This document shows, one piece after another, positions 61,679-64,000 of a stretch of 64,000 bases of DNA (positions are counted from its first letter, which is position 1; each line of letters begins with the position of its first letter). The notes beneath the pieces were generated by a model. The model had not been told where the DNA came from and did not search any database. It saw only the letters and a list, made by a program, of their open reading frames with translations. The position numbers and the translations under genes were made by a program. This DNA is from Iphione sp. A-MEVVRFRX5 (Eukaryota): contig OZ320322.1 of NCBI GenBank assembly GCA_976226885.1, positions 37,076,001 to 37,140,000 of the forward strand, in the 5' to 3' direction.

Positions 61679-64000
61679 TCACATCATAGAGGCCAATAAT
61701 TCTAATAATGCTTTTACTTTGTTTGGTTCTTGTTCTGTCTGGTTTGTTAATTGGTTTAAACGTCTAATTTTTGCTGCGCTCGTTTCGCCACTACTGCTGC
61801 TATTCCTTACACGCTTGCTAGTCCCTACCCCTGTTGTAACTGAGGTAGCGGATTCTAATGCATCCATGTCAGATGCTTCGGTTTGACCTACTTCTCCATC
61901 ATCAGCCATTGGCTGTTCTTCCCCCACAAGAGGTTGATCAATGACAGCTCCTCTTGCCTCTACTGGTGGCTCTGGAGGTGGTTGTGGAGCGACCTCTGTC
62001 CGCGTCCCATTTCCGCCACCATACCTTTCTCTCAGCCTTGCCAATGGTATGTAGTCAGCAAGGGGTGAGTCTGAGGATGACTCCTCTAGAACAGTGGTGT
62101 TATCAACATCACTTTCTTCGCTACTGAGGCTTTGCTCACTAGCCTCCATATCTTCGGCCTCTACATCTATGGCCAGCCTGGCCTTTCGTAGTGGCCTTTG
62201 GGTGTCTTCAGGTTTGGGGATCTCCCAATCGAGGTTTGCCTTGCGGAGGTGTACAGCGTGGACCTTGCGCTGTGTACCAGTCAGCATGTTGCGGATAACA
62301 TAATTGACTGGTGTCACCACCTTCATGACCCTGTAGTACGGTTCCCATCTCATGTCCAGCTTACCCGAACGGTCATGCTTAAACACGTACACTGGGTCTC
62401 CTTCTTGTAGATCCGCCTCCTTTGCTTTTCGGTCATGGTATCGTTTTGTACGCTCTTGTGCCTTGCTGTGATGCCTTTTCACAATCACCATGGCTTTGTG
62501 ATGCCTCTCTAGCACATGTTCATGGTGTCCTTCACCCATGTAGCGAGGCCTAGGGCGTAACAAGGTGTCAAGAGGAAGGAGTGGATCACGACCCGACATG
62601 AGGAAGAAGGGAGAATGTTGAGTTGTCTCATGGTTGCAGGTCCTTAAAGCGAGAAGTGCAGAGGGAACCATCAAATCCCAGGATCTGGAATCCTGCATTT
62701 GTTTTGAGGCAATGTCGTTCCAGACTCGATGAACCCTCTCAAGTTTGCCATTGGACTGGGGATGGTATGGGCTAGTCCTGATCCTATATATCTTCATCTT
62801 CTCGCAGATGCTCGATACTATATCGTTTACGAACTCTGTCCCATTATCTGACAGTAGGATCGCAGGACACCCATGTCTCGGTATTATCTCTGATAGTATC
62901 AGGTTAGCCACAGTCTGCGCTGTCTTGTCAGGTACAGCGAAGAACTCAGGCCACCCTGAATACATATCTACAAAAGTGATCAAATACCTATTCCCTTGGT
63001 GTGACGTGGGATAAGGGCCGCAAGTATCAATAGCCAGCTTCTGAAATGGTACTTGCACCAAGTCCATTCTCTGCACTGGCGGGGTCTGTTGCTTCAAGTT
63101 GCGTGAGTTGCATGCAACACATTGGGATACATGTCTCACAACATCTTTATACAGACCTTTCCAATGATACTTTTGTCTAATGCGGTCATAGGTCTTGTCC
63201 ATCCCCATGTGACCTAAATGGTCATGGCACTCTTGAAGCACAACCAGCTTAAGGTGATTCGGTATGACTAGTTTCAAGCTAGGAGGGTCCTCACTAATGT
63301 AGTAAACAACCCCATCTACCACACTGTAGCTAGAACTACTCGTCATTTTACCAATTTGCTTATCCCTGGCTTGCTCTGCCACCATGTCGAGACTGTCTTT
63401 GTTACTCAAACTAGGTAGAGGGTTAGGCCCATCTGAACCCTCTTGTTCTTCCTCATTAGCTTTCAGACTTCTCTGTACATCTACTTGGTCAGTGTTAATA
63501 ACATTGACCTCTACCCCTCTCGGGTACCGGCTAAGGAAATCTGCCTGTTTATTCTGGGGGCCACTTATGTACTCAATCGTACAGTTGTATTCACTCAGCT
63601 CCATGGCCCATTTCTGGACCTTCACGTTTTTAATTTCCGAGCTGAAAAGGAACTGGAGGGGTTTGTGGTCAGTCTTTACCACAAAGGATGCTCCCCATAA
63701 ATATGGTTTAAACTTTTGTATGGCATAGATTATGGCATATGCCTCACGCTCAATAATCGGCCATCTTTTCTGGGTAGGATTGAGCTTTTGCGACACAAAG
63801 TGTACAGCACGTGGCCCCTCTTCATGGTCTTGGACCAACACTGCACCAACCGAAACATCTGAAGCATCTGTATAGATGGTAAAGGGTTTTGTCATGTCCG
63901 GAAATGCAAGAATAGGATCTGATGAGAGTGCATCCTTTAGTGTCTGGAATGCCTCTTGGCAGGCGGCTGTCCAGACAAACTCATCAGTTTTTCTTGTGAG
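61679..64000 (-). CDS. pol: Pol polyprotein C-terminal part: RT connection, RNase H, integrase (HHCC, DD35E, GPY/F-like) and acidic tail
   Basis: Frame is open to the window edge (LTRKTDEFVWTAACQEAFQTLK...). RNase H motifs TDAS, EREAYA, TDHKPL, ADFLSR. Integrase CHDHLGH..CVAC, IDTCGP, SDNGTEF, SNGKLERVHR, WEPYYRV. Confidence 0.95.
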   Translation of the reverse strand, partial: LTRKTDEFVWTAACQEAFQTLKDALSSDPILAFPDMTKPFTIYTDASDVSVGAVLVQDHEEGPRAVHFVSQKLNPTQKRWPIIEREAYAIIYAIQKFKPYLWGASFVVKTDHKPLQFLFSSEIKNVKVQKWAMELSEYNCTIEYISGPQNKQADFLSRYPRGVEVNVINTDQVDVQRSLKANEEEQEGSDGPNPLPSLSNKDSLDMVAEQARDKQIGKMTSSSSYSVVDGVVYYISEDPPSLKLVIPNHLKLVVLQECHDHLGHMGMDKTYDRIRQKYHWKGLYKDVVRHVSQCVACNSRNLKQQTPPVQRMDLVQVPFQKLAIDTCGPYPTSHQGNRYLITFVDMYSGWPEFFAVPDKTAQTVANLILSEIIPRHGCPAILLSDNGTEFVNDIVSSICEKMKIYRIRTSPYHPQSNGKLERVHRVWNDIASKQMQDSRSWDLMVPSALLALRTCNHETTQHSPFFLMSGRDPLLPLDTLLRPRPRYMGEGHHEHVLERHHKAMVIVKRHHSKAQERTKRYHDRKAKEADLQEGDPVYVFKHDRSGKLDMRWEPYYRVMKVVTPVNYVIRNMLTGTQRKVHAVHLRKANLDWEIPKPEDTQRPLRKARLAIDVEAEDMEASEQSLSSEESDVDNTTVLEESSSDSPLADYIPLARLRERYGGGNGTRTEVAPQPPPEPPVEARGAVIDQPLVGEEQPMADDGEVGQTEASDMDALESATSVTTGVGTSKRVRNSSSSGETSAAKIRRLNQLTNQTEQEPNKVKALLELLASMM

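Larger units (their letters stand above)
58489..64000 (-). mobile_element. Ty3/Gypsy (Metaviridae) LTR retroelement with env, 3' portion; truncated by the window edge
   Basis: Order RNase H - integrase - env - PPT - LTR on one strand; RH before IN is the Gypsy order. Both ORFs are free of stops and frameshifts. Confidence 0.95.

Noticed and set aside
59199-63728. Plus-strand ORFs within the retroelement
   Set aside because: Antisense shadows of pol/env with no independent features.

Overview
Eukaryotic (animal) genomic DNA, not prokaryotic; most of the supplied short ORFs are spurious. The window is part of a Hox cluster. It holds one clear host gene, a Hox3 (paralogy group 3) gene on the minus strand. 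Its two coding exons (34489-34972 with YPWM; 23651-24771 with the homeobox) are split by a ~9.7 kb intron, and a splice acceptor at 35237 implies further upstream 5' exons. Homeodomain residues ([17 protein letters not shown]) suggest a protostome, probably a spiralian (inference). The right end (58489-64000) is the 3' part of an apparently intact Ty3/Gypsy LTR retroelement on the same strand. It has RNase H-integrase, a full env-like class I fusion glycoprotein ORF, a PPT and a 543-bp 3' LTR. The intergenic and intronic DNA contains several MITE-like elements with TIRs and TSDs, microsatellites, and GC-rich islands with Hox/Pbx/Meis, CTCF and CRE-like motifs. No second homeobox, tRNA, rRNA or miR-10/miR-993 was found by eye.
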